Source: Candidatus Micrarchaeia archaeon
GTDB taxonomy: Archaea; Micrarchaeota; Micrarchaeia; CAILAH01
DNA: 64,000 nt
Direction: 5' to 3'
Assembly: GCA_038874595.1 (NCBI GenBank)
Contig: JAVZCB010000001.1
Location: forward strand, 1-64,000
Position numbers and translations under genes: made by a program. Under the pieces are notes generated by a model that had not been told where the DNA came from, did no database searches, and was given only the letters and a program-made list of their open reading frames with translations. Positions 45,355 through 55,628 of the stretch are shown here, in pieces. How positions within the stretch are numbered: the first letter of the stretch is position 1; every line of letters begins with the position of its first letter.

Positions 45355-45756
45355 ATGGAGATTAATCGTGAGGAGATACAAAAGATTGCAATGGAGGCAG
45401 AGAATCTCCAAAGGATGCAGAAGGCCATAAAAGACCAGATAGTTGCTCTTAGCATGGCTTCACTTGAAGCGAGCGTGACAATGAACTCGCTTGAGAGCCT
45501 TAAAGGTGGTGAGAACTCTTTGGTTTCGCTTGGGTCAGGTGTGTTCTCGCACGGCACGGTTGGCAATGTAGATTTGGTCCTTGTTGATATTGGAGGTGGG
45601 GTCTACGGTGAATTCCCCAAGGCAAAGGCGATCGAGCTGTTAAAGAAGAGAATTGAGGATACGAAGACCGTAACAGCAAAGCTAGAAGCAGACCTGCACA
45701 AAATCGAATCATCGCTTGTTGAGCTTGAGAACCGTGCACGTAAGTTTATTCAATAA
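45355..45756 (+). CDS. pfdA: Prefoldin alpha subunit
   Basis: Coiled coils flanking LVSLGSGVF and VLVDIGGGVY hairpins. Confidence 0.93.
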   Translation: MEINREEIQKIAMEAENLQRMQKAIKDQIVALSMASLEASVTMNSLESLKGGENSLVSLGSGVFSHGTVGNVDLVLVDIGGGVYGEFPKAKAIELLKKRIEDTKTVTAKLEADLHKIESSLVELENRARKFIQ

Positions 45757-45773
45757 TCGGCGGCTGATGTCGT

Positions 45774-47126
45774 ATGTGGGACCTTCTCAAATCCAAGATT
45801 TCTAATTTTATATCAAAGATTACTGGTGAGGAGGAAGGGAAGAAGAAAGAGGAGGCGGCCTTACGGGGGCAGGAACCAGGGAAAGACACACAACCCTCAA
45901 AGGAAGAACTGGTTGAGAGGGAAGAATTGAAAACGGACATAGCTCAAGCGATTGCGCCTGCGGAAAAACCTGAAATAAAGAAAGAAGATGACATCGAGGT
46001 GGAACACTTACAGGAACAAATCTCTCATGTTGAAGAGAAGAAGGAGATTCCAAAACCACACATACCATTATCACCAGATGAGCAGAGGGGCGAGGTAACA
46101 TCTTCTGTGCCCACTGCTCCTGTAAACAAGGATATTACAATTGGACGGCTTGAAGGGCAAAAAACCCCTGCTACGCCAGATGTGGAGAGTAAGACATCTG
46201 TTTCTGCCACGCCATCCAGCCAGAGTGCAGGGATAGAGATTAAGGTGGGCCTTGCAGATAAGCTTAAGAAAGCAGTTCTTGGAAAGATTAAGCTTAGCAG
46301 GGAAAAGATTGAAGAGATAACAGATGAATTAGAGTTTTCATTGATTCAGGCAGATGTGCATCCGGATGTTGCCGTAGAGGTATGCAGCAAAATCAAGGAA
46401 AGGATGGCTGATAAAGAGTTTTCGCGCGGTGATTTAGAGAACGAGATACGTGAAATACTGAGAGAGGTTTTTGAGAAGGAGGCATTTGGCGATAACAAGG
46501 TTTTTGACCTGATTGAGAAGGTCAGGCAAGGAAAAAAGCCTTACAAAATCTTGTTTGTTGGGCCCAACGGTGCAGGCAAGACAACTACCATAGCAAAGGT
46601 TGCGAGGATGCTTCTGGATGCCGGGTTTACAGTGGTAATTTCAGCTTCTGATACATTCAGGGCGGCCGCGATAGAGCAGACCGAAGAGCACGGCAAGCGC
46701 CTGGGAGTGCGCGTAATAAGGCAGAATTATGGTGCAGATGCTGCCGCAGTGGCGTTTGATGCAATAAAGCATGCTGAGGCAAACAATATTGATGTGGTTT
46801 TGATTGACAGTGCAGGAAGGCAGGATACTAATTTCAACCTGTTAAAAGAGCTGCAGAAGATTAACCGGATATCCACTCCAGATTTGAGGATTTTCGTAGG
46901 AGAATCAATTGCAGGCAATTCTTTATACCAGCAGGTAGGTAAATTCAAGGAAATGATTGGGCTTGATGGTGTTATTCTCACAAAAGCTGATTGCGATGCC
47001 AAAGGTGGCACGGCAATTTCAATTCTGAGGGAGACGGGTGTCCCAATAATTTATTTGGGTATGGGGCAGTCATATACAGATTTAAAGAAGTTTGACCCTA
47101 GCTACATAATAAACAACATAGTGTAA
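45774..47126 (+). CDS. ftsY: SRP receptor FtsY
   Basis: Acidic N-domain, GPNGAGKTTT, DTFRAAA, DSAGR, TKAD..AKGG. Confidence 0.97.
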   Translation: MWDLLKSKISNFISKITGEEEGKKKEEAALRGQEPGKDTQPSKEELVEREELKTDIAQAIAPAEKPEIKKEDDIEVEHLQEQISHVEEKKEIPKPHIPLSPDEQRGEVTSSVPTAPVNKDITIGRLEGQKTPATPDVESKTSVSATPSSQSAGIEIKVGLADKLKKAVLGKIKLSREKIEEITDELEFSLIQADVHPDVAVEVCSKIKERMADKEFSRGDLENEIREILREVFEKEAFGDNKVFDLIEKVRQGKKPYKILFVGPNGAGKTTTIAKVARMLLDAGFTVVISASDTFRAAAIEQTEEHGKRLGVRVIRQNYGADAAAVAFDAIKHAEANNIDVVLIDSAGRQDTNFNLLKELQKINRISTPDLRIFVGESIAGNSLYQQVGKFKEMIGLDGVILTKADCDAKGGTAISILRETGVPIIYLGMGQSYTDLKKFDPSYIINNIV

Positions 47127-47163
47127 ATCCAATAAAATTAAATTAAAAAGAATTAGTTCTTTC

Positions 47164-47766
47164 TTATGCTTCAGAATAGCAGTAACTGGTAAGTAACTCC
47201 ACCATATCCATTTTATTCATAAGTTTCGCGCGGTCAATAGCACTCCTGCCAGACGCATCTGTCAGTTTTGGCTCTGCACCTGCATTTATCAGTACCTGTG
47301 CCGTCTTCTTATTTCCATGTATGGACATCATAAGTGCATCGCAGCCGTGCATATCAACCGCTTTAACGTTTGCCCCATTCTCGATTAAGAATTTAACAAG
47401 CTCAGTGTTCCCGCTCATCGAAGCCCACATAAGTGGCGTCTGCCCAAACTCATCTGCGGCATTTACGCTTGCACCAAGCTTAACCAGGAACATTGCAAGC
47501 TCAGTTTGGTCAGTTATCACTGCGAGCATCAATGCAGTTCTCGAGAAAGCATCCCGCGCATTCACATCCGCGCCATTTTTGATTGCATTAACCGCCCCAC
47601 AGACATTCTTATGCTTAATACAATCGATTAATTCCGCGCTCATTCTTTTTCTCAGTTCGTCCTTTTGCAAAACAGATAAGAACGGCCTTGCATTAGGGTT
47701 GATTGGTGCCCCCGCGTTCGATAGCTCCTTGCGTTTCTCCTCTAAACTAACCACAGATATTGCCAT
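47164..47766 (-). CDS. Ankyrin-repeat protein
   Basis: About four repeats (GADVNA, TALMLA, GQTPLMWA, LIENGANV); AGGAG RBS before ATG at 47766. Confidence 0.9.
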   Translation of the reverse strand: MAISVVSLEEKRKELSNAGAPINPNARPFLSVLQKDELRKRMSAELIDCIKHKNVCGAVNAIKNGADVNARDAFSRTALMLAVITDQTELAMFLVKLGASVNAADEFGQTPLMWASMSGNTELVKFLIENGANVKAVDMHGCDALMMSIHGNKKTAQVLINAGAEPKLTDASGRSAIDRAKLMNKMDMVELLTSYCYSEA

Positions 47767-47969
47767 AGCAATCCACTCCTTTTTGCAAGATGCACAGCTA
47801 ATTACAGCTAGCACCCATGCACTGCCGGCCGAAAAGTTGCTCCACCTTGGCCGCACCAACCCGTGTACACACACAAAAATGAGGTTGGTCTTACAGCAGG
47901 TAGTATTATGTGCCATAACTTTTTAAATATAATTGGATAAAAATTTACTTCTGAAATTTTGGTAAAGAA

Positions 47970-48188
47970 TTAAGAAAGTGCTTTTTTAACAGCGTTCTCG
48001 TCTGCTAGTTCGACAACGTTGTCGAGCAATTCAAGATGCTTTATGTTAACTTTTCTTGTTCCTTTCTTTCGTGTTGCAGTCATCACTTCGACGAAAGACC
48101 CATCAAGCACCTTCGTGATAATACACTTCGTACCTGCATCACGGCCCTTGAGCTTCACACACACCCTACCAGGTTCTATCCCTTTCAT
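47970..48188 (-). CDS. rpl14e: Ribosomal protein eL14
   Basis: GRVCVKLKGRDAG, NIKHLE. Confidence 0.95.
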   Translation of the reverse strand: MKGIEPGRVCVKLKGRDAGTKCIITKVLDGSFVEVMTATRKKGTRKVNIKHLELLDNVVELADENAVKKALS

Positions 48189-48194
48189 AAAATA

Positions 48195-48710
48195 TCACCT
48201 TACCACTTTCGCTGCTTCAATTATTATTTTTGCGGCTTTTTCAGGTTCGATATGCTCTGTGTTTATGCATATGTGGAACCTATTAATATCGTCAATATTT
48301 ATCCTGTATAGCTTTATATATCTCTCTCTGTTTTGCTGGTCTTTCTTATGTACGATCTTACGCGCGCTATATATAGATATATTGTCTCTCTTTGCGACCC
48401 TCTCGGCACGTATCTTTTCATTTGCATAAAGCCATACATTCAGGTCAGCGTTTGCAAACCATGGCGCCAGCCAGGTGCTCGTTACGAAAGATTTATGCTT
48501 TTTCATCTCAGCGATTTGTTTTCTGTCAAGCTCAATATCAAACCGCTTATCTTTAGCAGCCATCTCCTGGAATTTAAGCAGGGAGATACCGCGCGCTTTT
48601 GCCTCATCCTTCATGGAAAAAGCTATGTTTGGCACCTTCAATTTTTTGGATATTATGCCTGCAATTGTTGTTTTACCGGCACCAGTTAGGCCAGAGATAG
48701 CAATTTTCAT
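48195..48710 (-). CDS. cmk: Cytidylate kinase (archaeal type)
   Basis: ISGLTGAGKTT, RAERVAKRD; operon position. Confidence 0.9.
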   Translation of the reverse strand: MKIAISGLTGAGKTTIAGIISKKLKVPNIAFSMKDEAKARGISLLKFQEMAAKDKRFDIELDRKQIAEMKKHKSFVTSTWLAPWFANADLNVWLYANEKIRAERVAKRDNISIYSARKIVHKKDQQNRERYIKLYRINIDDINRFHICINTEHIEPEKAAKIIIEAAKVVR

Positions 48711-49010
48711 TTAGAGGTACCTCTGGAAAACAAGCGGCACATCGGCTGCTTTCATATCATTTTCTTTAACTCTTGCCCTGTACATAATTACGCGCTCACT
48801 GCACTTGTGGCATAGGTAACCTCCAAACGGCCTTTCAGGCCTCTTCTCGGTCTTTCTCAGCGAACGCGCATATGCAGTACCTTTAAGTGGTGCTTTGCAT
48901 ATCCCGCAACGCGGCTTATGCTTTTTTGCGTTCTTGATTAGCTTTTTGAGCACACCTCCAGGTGTTCTCCTGTAAACTTTCTTCTTAACCCTCTCTTTTG
49001 GTTTTACCAT
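48711..49010 (-). CDS. rpl34e: Ribosomal protein eL34
   Basis: RTPGG, CGIC, RPERPFGGYLCHKC. Confidence 0.95.
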   Translation of the reverse strand: MVKPKERVKKKVYRRTPGGVLKKLIKNAKKHKPRCGICKAPLKGTAYARSLRKTEKRPERPFGGYLCHKCSERVIMYRARVKENDMKAADVPLVFQRYL

Positions 49011-49497
49011 TCGTCTTACCTCCTAACTTAACCTGAGCCACCAGGCTCACGAGCATAAATGATATCCAGAACCACGCTACCGGCCCGAAAGATGTCCTCC
49101 AATTTATGAGTTCCCCGTGATTGAATGGGATTGGCAATGCAATCGGTGTGTGTATAATATAATCAAAGAAGTGCACATAGAGCTGGCTCGCAATCAAGGA
49201 TGTCACGAGCAGTAGGGGAAGTGTGAACAGCATCGGTTTTAGCTGCATCTTGAGCATATCCATAGCCATCTGGTTCATCTTACTCTCATACTCTTTGAGC
49301 TCTTTATCCCTGTGCGCCTTTGCAGCATCAAAGTATTTTTTTTGTATTGCTCTCATTTCTTCTTGCATTTCTTTGTTTTTTTCCATAACCAATTTCATAC
49401 CGCCAATCTCATACACAATATACCTAAACACAAGTGCATATGCACCAGCCAGGATACATATGATGATTGTTACCATTTGTGGATCGAACATACTCAC
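48985..49497 (-). CDS. DUF106 (EMC3/TMCO1, Oxa1 superfamily) membrane protein
   Basis: TM, coiled coil, MQLKPM, TM and WF motif; located after adk. Confidence 0.88.
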   Translation of the reverse strand: MSMFDPQMVTIIICILAGAYALVFRYIVYEIGGMKLVMEKNKEMQEEMRAIQKKYFDAAKAHRDKELKEYESKMNQMAMDMLKMQLKPMLFTLPLLLVTSLIASQLYVHFFDYIIHTPIALPIPFNHGELINWRTSFGPVAWFWISFMLVSLVAQVKLGGKTNGKTKREG

Positions 49498-49502
49498 ACC
49501 AC

Positions 49503-50060
49503 TTATCCTCTAGGTTTTACGCTTTCCTCAAACTCCTTTATTGCATCTTCTAATTTGCCGTCTTCATTAATTATAAACTTTACTGGCGCATTCGCCTGAG
49601 ATGCATAGGTACATACAAGCGACAGGTTTATTTCCTCATGAAACTTTATCTGCTCAAGCGTCTCAATATCTCTTTTCCGTGACTTGTCACGCATTCTTCT
49701 TGACAAGATCGTCTCCATCGACGCGTGTATATACACAAATGCATCCACTTTGATTTTAGAGAGTATGTAGTATGGAAATCCTGGATAATATCCATCTACA
49801 GTCTTGACGGATGCATGTGTATCAACTATTGTATCCCGGTCGTACTTAAGAAGTGCGTTTGCCGCTTTGCTCTGCAGCTCACGGAACTTATCGCGCGTGA
49901 GGTTTCGCATCTCATCACGGTTTTTCAGGCCGTATTCCTTTTGTGCAATCTCATACATCAGTGTTCCAAAGTTGATAACCTTTGCATCAGGATGCCTGCG
50001 GACAAACTCATCGATTATAGAGCTTTTGCCTGCCCCAGGCGTTCCCATAACTATTATCAT
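49503..50060 (-). CDS. adkA: Adenylate kinase (archaeal type)
   Basis: GTPGAGKS, NFG, RDEMR, DTH, GYYPG. Confidence 0.95.
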   Translation of the reverse strand: MIIVMGTPGAGKSSIIDEFVRRHPDAKVINFGTLMYEIAQKEYGLKNRDEMRNLTRDKFRELQSKAANALLKYDRDTIVDTHASVKTVDGYYPGFPYYILSKIKVDAFVYIHASMETILSRRMRDKSRKRDIETLEQIKFHEEINLSLVCTYASQANAPVKFIINEDGKLEDAIKEFEESVKPRG

Positions 50061-50063
50061 CAG

Positions 50064-51533
50064 CTATTCCTCTCCCATCATCTTCCTAAGTGCAGGGTAC
50101 ATCTCAAACATCTGTCTTGACTGCATCTCCTCATACGTTCTGTGCAGTATTCCTGCCGTAAGCAGGATACCGGTACCAGTTCCGAGTGCACCAGTCAGGT
50201 CCGCCATCCCAGCAAGTAACCCGACAAAGCCGCTACCAAGGATTGTAATTACAGGTATATACTTTGAGAGTATTCCCTCTATCATCCTTGGGTCTCTTCT
50301 AAACCCTGGTACTGACAGCCCAACATTCTTGAGCTGGCCGGCAACATCACGCGCTGTCATCCCGGATGTTTCAGTCCAGAGATACCCAAATATAATTGAC
50401 ATGATAACAAGCGCCACAACATACATAAGTGCATGTATGTACTCAGGAACAATGACTGCACCTATGAATGGCACCATCCACGTGTTACTGCTTGTAAGCA
50501 TCAGGTTTATGTAAACCGGGATACCTCCTGCAAGCGCAATCGGGTTTGGGAATGAAGGGCTGATAAGGTAAAACAACCCGCCCACAAGCCGGCCTGTGGG
50601 GTCATATACTGCAATGAAATCCGAGAAAGGCACACCGCCAATCTCAAACGTCAATCCTGCAAGCATGCGCCCAAGCAACTGTATCGCCGAGATGAACGCA
50701 AAAGCCAGGATGACTGGCATGTTTGAAGTATAGAGGAACTTGATAGGGAACCTGCCTCCATACCCACGTGCCCTCTCGAACGCGAGCGGCACCTCAACCT
50801 TAATGTTTTCAGCATATACTGAAACTGCAAGCACGAGCAGTGTTGCTATTATTGGCACGAGTGTCAATATTGCGGATGGGATGGCGTTTGCGCCACCTTC
50901 TGCAAGGTGATATATCACCGTATTTGATGCAGGGATGCCTCCATACCCAGTTAGTATTCCTATAAGCCCAGAGACTACTGAAAGTGATACTCCAGCAGCA
51001 ATGAACAGCCCAATACCGCTTCCGATACCGTATTTAGATACTACTTCATCAAAATACAATAGCAGTATCGAGCCAAGCGCCACTTGCAAAGCTACGATTA
51101 TGCGCGTCCCCGTATCACCAAATATAGGGTCAATTGTCATAAGGTTTGTATATATGTATGCCTCAAAGAGCGCAAGTATGATTGCCAGGAGCTTTTGAGT
51201 ACCTTGAAACAGCGCCTTGTTTTTTGGTACGGATAGGTCAAGATTGATTATCTTTGCGCCTACGAATAGCTGCAGGAATATTGATGCAAGCACGATAGGC
51301 CCAATACCTGTTGTTAAGAGCGAACCCATCTTTGATGCCAGCACCATCTGCAGGAACTCTGTCTGCGTATCCTTGCTTGCCACAACACCTACCGGGTAAA
51401 TGTGGTACATAACAAAGAAAAGCACAAGCACAGCTGCCGTAAAAAACAGCCTTTCATTAAGCGTTGGCTGGATTAGCGGTGCCTTAACCTCCGGCAGGCG
51501 CTCAATTATAGGGCGTAGCTGTTCAAGACCCAT
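50064..51533 (-). CDS. secY: Preprotein translocase SecY
   Basis: GIGPIV, GIGSGIGLFI, PIKFLYTSNMP, PGFRRD, GTGILL. Confidence 0.98.
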   Translation of the reverse strand: MGLEQLRPIIERLPEVKAPLIQPTLNERLFFTAAVLVLFFVMYHIYPVGVVASKDTQTEFLQMVLASKMGSLLTTGIGPIVLASIFLQLFVGAKIINLDLSVPKNKALFQGTQKLLAIILALFEAYIYTNLMTIDPIFGDTGTRIIVALQVALGSILLLYFDEVVSKYGIGSGIGLFIAAGVSLSVVSGLIGILTGYGGIPASNTVIYHLAEGGANAIPSAILTLVPIIATLLVLAVSVYAENIKVEVPLAFERARGYGGRFPIKFLYTSNMPVILAFAFISAIQLLGRMLAGLTFEIGGVPFSDFIAVYDPTGRLVGGLFYLISPSFPNPIALAGGIPVYINLMLTSSNTWMVPFIGAVIVPEYIHALMYVVALVIMSIIFGYLWTETSGMTARDVAGQLKNVGLSVPGFRRDPRMIEGILSKYIPVITILGSGFVGLLAGMADLTGALGTGTGILLTAGILHRTYEEMQSRQMFEMYPALRKMMGEE

Positions 51534-51957
51534 TCTTTTCTACCTCAAACTGTTTTGTCTCGCCACCCGCCTGCTCTATCTTGTCAACAGCGGATTTTGA
51601 GAAAGCTCTCGCCTCAACGACAGCGGGGTACAAAAGCCGGCCTGCACCCAGAACTTTGCCGTCGAATTTGAAATAGTACACATTATCTTTCTTGCCAACT
51701 TTGCCTCCCTCAATAAGCCGTGATATCTCAGTTAGGTTAATTACATCTAATCTGGCCCTGGCCTTGTTCACAAAACCAGACCTTCCTATCGAATCCCTTT
51801 CAAACTTGAGTGTGTATGTCTTCTTATGCTTCCAGGCACCACCGCGGCCAACACCTCCGCGAGTTCCTGAACCCCTGCCTTTTTTCTTGTTGCCTCTTCC
51901 GTTGTGCCTACTCGCAAGGAATTTTGTCTTTTTCATCTTCTTATGAGTCCTTACCAT
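51523..51957 (-). CDS. rpl15: Ribosomal protein uL15
   Basis: RGSGTRGGVG, KVLGAG, FSKSAVDKIE. Confidence 0.95.
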   Translation of the reverse strand: MVRTHKKMKKTKFLASRHNGRGNKKKGRGSGTRGGVGRGGAWKHKKTYTLKFERDSIGRSGFVNKARARLDVINLTEISRLIEGGKVGKKDNVYYFKFDGKVLGAGRLLYPAVVEARAFSKSAVDKIEQAGGETKQFEVEKNGS

Positions 51958-52415
51958 TACATCATCCTCCTCAGCAAGTCATTTATTTTCTCACCGCGGT
52001 AGCCAAGCGCACCTCGCGGGTATGGGAGCTTTGTAATCTTATATCCTCCACGTGGCGGGCTAAGGCGCAGCACCTTTTTAAGACCGGCATCTTTTAGCTT
52101 TACCTTCCCGGAAAGTATCGCTTCGGCAAGCTTATCAAACCCATCATACCCTTTTGACTTGAGGTATTCAAGGGTTAGCCTCTTGTTGCCAGGGAGCCGC
52201 CCGCGTTTCTCAAGCATCTTTGCAAGCACATCGCTTGACAGCTCGCCCCACGTCACGTAATCCTTACACACATTAAGCGTACCGCGAATTTGCGGCGTTT
52301 CATTAAGTATCACACAATGGTTTATGCGTGTCAGCGAGAGCACTTCCAACGCACCCTTAATTTCAGGGCGTATGCCTGTCCTTCCGCGGACACGAACTAC
52401 TGCTAAGTATGGCAT
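51957..52415 (-). CDS. rpl30: Ribosomal protein uL30
   Basis: AVVRVRG, YVTWGE, RLSPPRGG, LGYRG. Confidence 0.97.
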   Translation of the reverse strand: MPYLAVVRVRGRTGIRPEIKGALEVLSLTRINHCVILNETPQIRGTLNVCKDYVTWGELSSDVLAKMLEKRGRLPGNKRLTLEYLKSKGYDGFDKLAEAILSGKVKLKDAGLKKVLRLSPPRGGYKITKLPYPRGALGYRGEKINDLLRRMM

Positions 52416-52420
52416 CTAAA

Positions 52421-53149
52421 TCACTCCTCCGACCAGTCCCTACCGGACTGCATATTATAAAGTTCCCTAAGCGCATTGTATACTGCAACAGCAGTGTTAT
52501 ATTTTGTAGATGTATGCCCTTTTGCGGTTGACCATACATCACTTAGGCCCGCTTTTGCAAGCACTTTCCTGACTATTGAGTTCCCAACTATACCAACACC
52601 GCGCGGTGCCGGCCTTAGTGTTACTCGTACACTGCCGCACTTTCCAGTAACCTCCACAGGTATGCTGTGTTTTGTACCGCAGCCACATTCCCATGACCCA
52701 CAGCCAAACGGAATGCTTATAATATTCCTTTTAGCCGTCTTAACCGCATTTTCAATTGCAGGCCGTGCCTCATCAGATTTCCCGGAGCCAATACCCACGT
52801 GCCCGTGGCCATCACCTACAACAACAACAGCACGGAACTTCATCTTTCTGCCAGAATCTGTAGTTCTTTGTGTAGTACCAAGTTTGATAAGCTCATCGTG
52901 CAGCTCTGGAAGCAGCTTATCCACAATCTCAGGCTCAAGGATTTTCTCACCGTTAAGCAGGATTTCATCAATGTTTGTTATCTGGCCGTTTGCAACCTTC
53001 CTGCCAAGCTCTGTTTTTGGTGCCCAAACGGACAACATATCCCGTGCACTTGGCTCGTCCCTATTCTTGGACTTCCCATCCCTACCGCTTCCTTGGCGCT
53101 TAAACCTTCTCTGGTTTCTTGGATTTCCAGTATTAGTGTTTTCGGACAT
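52421..53149 (-). CDS. rps5: Ribosomal protein uS5
   Basis: WAPKTELGR, QRTTDSGR, GCGSWE, PAPRGVG. Confidence 0.97.
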   Translation of the reverse strand: MSENTNTGNPRNQRRFKRQGSGRDGKSKNRDEPSARDMLSVWAPKTELGRKVANGQITNIDEILLNGEKILEPEIVDKLLPELHDELIKLGTTQRTTDSGRKMKFRAVVVVGDGHGHVGIGSGKSDEARPAIENAVKTAKRNIISIPFGCGSWECGCGTKHSIPVEVTGKCGSVRVTLRPAPRGVGIVGNSIVRKVLAKAGLSDVWSTAKGHTSTKYNTAVAVYNALRELYNMQSGRDWSEE

Positions 53150-53157
53150 AATACCAC

Positions 53158-53730
53158 CTACAATTTGCTTTTCAGCGAATCAATAAGCTTTGGTAGCTCC
53201 TCTGGCGCAACACCTTTCTTCAGGTATTGTGAGAACCTTTTCTTGTATTCTTCAGGTGAAGACCCTTTCAGCAAACGTGCATATTCCGCAATATGCTTGC
53301 CCATAAACCTATCATTATCAAATACAGACTCATCATGCGGTACATCCAGCCCAGCATCTAGTGCGCCTTTTAGCACAGCAAACGCAAAAGAGGCCTTTGC
53401 AGGGGTTTTTCTGCCCATATCAAGTACGGCCTTTTTAACGCCTTTTTTCAATGCATCCTTAGCTGCCTTATAGCCGATGAGGTATGCCGCGGGCAAGCTT
53501 TTTGCAAGAGGCATCCCTACCTTCTGCAAATCGCTTGAGGTTGCCATTGAGACTATTTTATCGCCATTTGCACCAAACGAAACGACTTGTGCAATTATGC
53601 GTTTTGAAGTCTTGCGTGCAACCAGCCTGTCACCAAACTTCAGAAGTGCAAGACGCTTCTTGTAATCAGTCTTACCAATGCGTCTCCTTCTAAAAGGTAC
53701 TTTATAAGTGCTTCTTGTTGCCTTTGCCAT
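53158..53730 (-). CDS. rpl18: Ribosomal protein uL18
   Basis: FRRRRIGKTDY..RL, PAAYLIG, GALDAGL. Confidence 0.97.
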   Translation of the reverse strand: MAKATRSTYKVPFRRRRIGKTDYKKRLALLKFGDRLVARKTSKRIIAQVVSFGANGDKIVSMATSSDLQKVGMPLAKSLPAAYLIGYKAAKDALKKGVKKAVLDMGRKTPAKASFAFAVLKGALDAGLDVPHDESVFDNDRFMGKHIAEYARLLKGSSPEEYKKRFSQYLKKGVAPEELPKLIDSLKSKL

Positions 53731-53734
53731 ATGA

Positions 53735-54166
53735 TCACTTCATAAGGTTGTTGTCTTTTATATAGTGCGAGAGCTGTGCCCTCGACTTGAACATGCCACC
53801 CTTAATTTTAAGGTATATGCTGCGATACGCGCCGGGTTTGAGTGCGGGCTTGAGCTGCCTTAACATTTCCCTTTGAGCGCGCGTATGCAGTGTCCATATT
53901 TTCTTTTGCAGGGATTTCTTATGCCCTTTCCTGCTACCCTCCTTTTTTCTTCCTTTCCTGCGCAGCTCATCATTCATCCTGCCGCGAGCTCTTGATGTTC
54001 CCCTGGCGGGTCTAGCACTTATTACGCCCTGCATTATGAGCGCACGCACATCATCCCTTGTAAGTGCAGAAGCTGCATCGGATATCCTTTCGGGGTTAAT
54101 CCAGATTGCTGATTCACCTCGCTTTAATATTCCAGCAGCCATTCTCCTAACAGTTCTTATGCTCAT
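53735..54166 (-). CDS. rpl19e: Ribosomal protein eL19
   Basis: RMAA..WINP, TRDDVR, GSRKG, KGGMF. Confidence 0.96.
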   Translation of the reverse strand: MSIRTVRRMAAGILKRGESAIWINPERISDAASALTRDDVRALIMQGVISARPARGTSRARGRMNDELRRKGRKKEGSRKGHKKSLQKKIWTLHTRAQREMLRQLKPALKPGAYRSIYLKIKGGMFKSRAQLSHYIKDNNLMK

Positions 54167-54180
54167 ACAAACACCATTTT

Positions 54181-54552
54181 CTAATTAAGCACTTTAAGCT
54201 TGAGCTCTTCAGCTTTCTTTGTGATTATCTCACGCTTTTTCTTGCCAACACACGCAGAAATGCGGATTGCAACACTGTCATTTTGGCTTATCTTGCTAAG
54301 GTCCGCCGGTGAGCGTACGAGAATTTCCCTATACCCTGATGGGTGCACACCCCTTATTTTACGTGTGTTCTTGAAACCTACGTTTGGTAATGCACCAGCA
54401 GGCATGCGGTGTGACCTCTGCTTATTATCAATACCGCGTGGCTTTCTCCACTTATCTTCAAGCCTGCTCCTCTTGGTCCTGCCAACATTAGGCCTCTTGA
54501 AGCGTGGGTGCCATTTTTTCATTGAACGCAGCTTTTTTGGCTTGATTATCAT
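54181..54552 (-). CDS. rpl32e: Ribosomal protein eL32
   Basis: WRKPRGIDNKQR, HPSG. Confidence 0.97.
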   Translation of the reverse strand: MIIKPKKLRSMKKWHPRFKRPNVGRTKRSRLEDKWRKPRGIDNKQRSHRMPAGALPNVGFKNTRKIRGVHPSGYREILVRSPADLSKISQNDSVAIRISACVGKKKREIITKKAEELKLKVLN

Positions 54553-55046
54553 TTCCTCACCTTGTAAATCCCATCCTGGAATATCCTGTCATCCCAAGTC
54601 TTAACCTTAGTTGCCTGGCGCAGGTTTGCAGCGGTCTGGCCAACAGCATAAATATCTGGGCCTTCAATCTCAATATCCTGGCCCTTCACAGTAACCTTTG
54701 TTTTCCCTTCAATCTTTGCAAGGCGGTCCGTCTTCTCACCAAGGAAGTTCTTTATGTGAACCATATCACCCTTTACCTCAATCTTCATCGGGAAGTGCGC
54801 AAAAACCGCTCTCATAACCTGCTTATGGCCAGTAGTGACACCTACAAACGCATTACGGATGTGGGCACTATATGTGTTGGCAAGCACGTTAGCGCCGGTC
54901 ACAGTAATCTTCTCACCATCAATCTTTACACTAATTTTCTTTGAAGGGAAGCTTACAGCCACTTCTCCCTTTGGGCCTTTTACTATGATATGACCTGCAT
55001 CGGCAGACGCAGAAACCCCTTTTGGTATTTCTATGACTTCATCCAT
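54549..55046 (-). CDS. rpl6: Ribosomal protein uL6
   Basis: KGPKG, AHFPM, NFLGEK, DDRIFQDGIY; start reassigned. Confidence 0.96.
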   Translation of the reverse strand: MDEVIEIPKGVSASADAGHIIVKGPKGEVAVSFPSKKISVKIDGEKITVTGANVLANTYSAHIRNAFVGVTTGHKQVMRAVFAHFPMKIEVKGDMVHIKNFLGEKTDRLAKIEGKTKVTVKGQDIEIEGPDIYAVGQTAANLRQATKVKTWDDRIFQDGIYKVRK

Positions 55047-55057
55047 CAGCATCACCC

Positions 55058-55444
55058 TTAGTATACGAACGCTATAAGCCTGCCACCCAGGTTTTTTGCC
55101 CGTGCCTCCCTGTTTGTCATTAGCCCCTGTGAGGTTGATACAACCAATATACCAAAGTCTTTGGATAACACATATCTTTCTTCCCACTTCACCCATTCAT
55201 CTGCCTGAACTGCAAACCTTGGCTTTATGACACCACAGTTGTTTATAGGCCCTATCCCATTCACAATTAACTCATTACCGCGGCCGTCTTTTTTCTCTTC
55301 GTATGATGCGATATAACCATGACGCTTGAGTATTTCAAGCACACCTATAAGCAGCTTAGAAGAGGGCCTTATTACACAGCTGCGCAGTCCGATATGCTTG
55401 TGTGTTTTTATTACGTTGAGACCTTGAGCTAATACATCCATCAT
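55058..55444 (-). CDS. rps8: Ribosomal protein uS8
   Basis: PSSKL, INNCGVIKPRF, STSQG, GGRLIAFVY. Confidence 0.97.
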   Translation of the reverse strand: MMDVLAQGLNVIKTHKHIGLRSCVIRPSSKLLIGVLEILKRHGYIASYEEKKDGRGNELIVNGIGPINNCGVIKPRFAVQADEWVKWEERYVLSKDFGILVVSTSQGLMTNREARAKNLGGRLIAFVY

Positions 55445-55450
55445 AACACC

Positions 55451-55618
55451 TCAATATTTCCGGAAGCCCATCTGCTCCCCGTAATCGCGCAGGCATCTCC
55501 TGCACACATTAAGATTATACTTGCGGATAAGCCCGCGGGCAGTACCGCAGAATCTGCACTTCCTGTTTCCCTTACCCTTAAACTTCGACAAATATCTCTT
55601 TTCTTCCTTATCATTCAT
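55451..55618 (-). CDS. rps14: Ribosomal protein uS14
   Basis: CRFCG..LIRKYNL.VCRRC. Confidence 0.95.
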   Translation of the reverse strand: MNDKEEKRYLSKFKGKGNRKCRFCGTARGLIRKYNLNVCRRCLRDYGEQMGFRKY

Positions 55619-55628
55619 CCAATCACCA

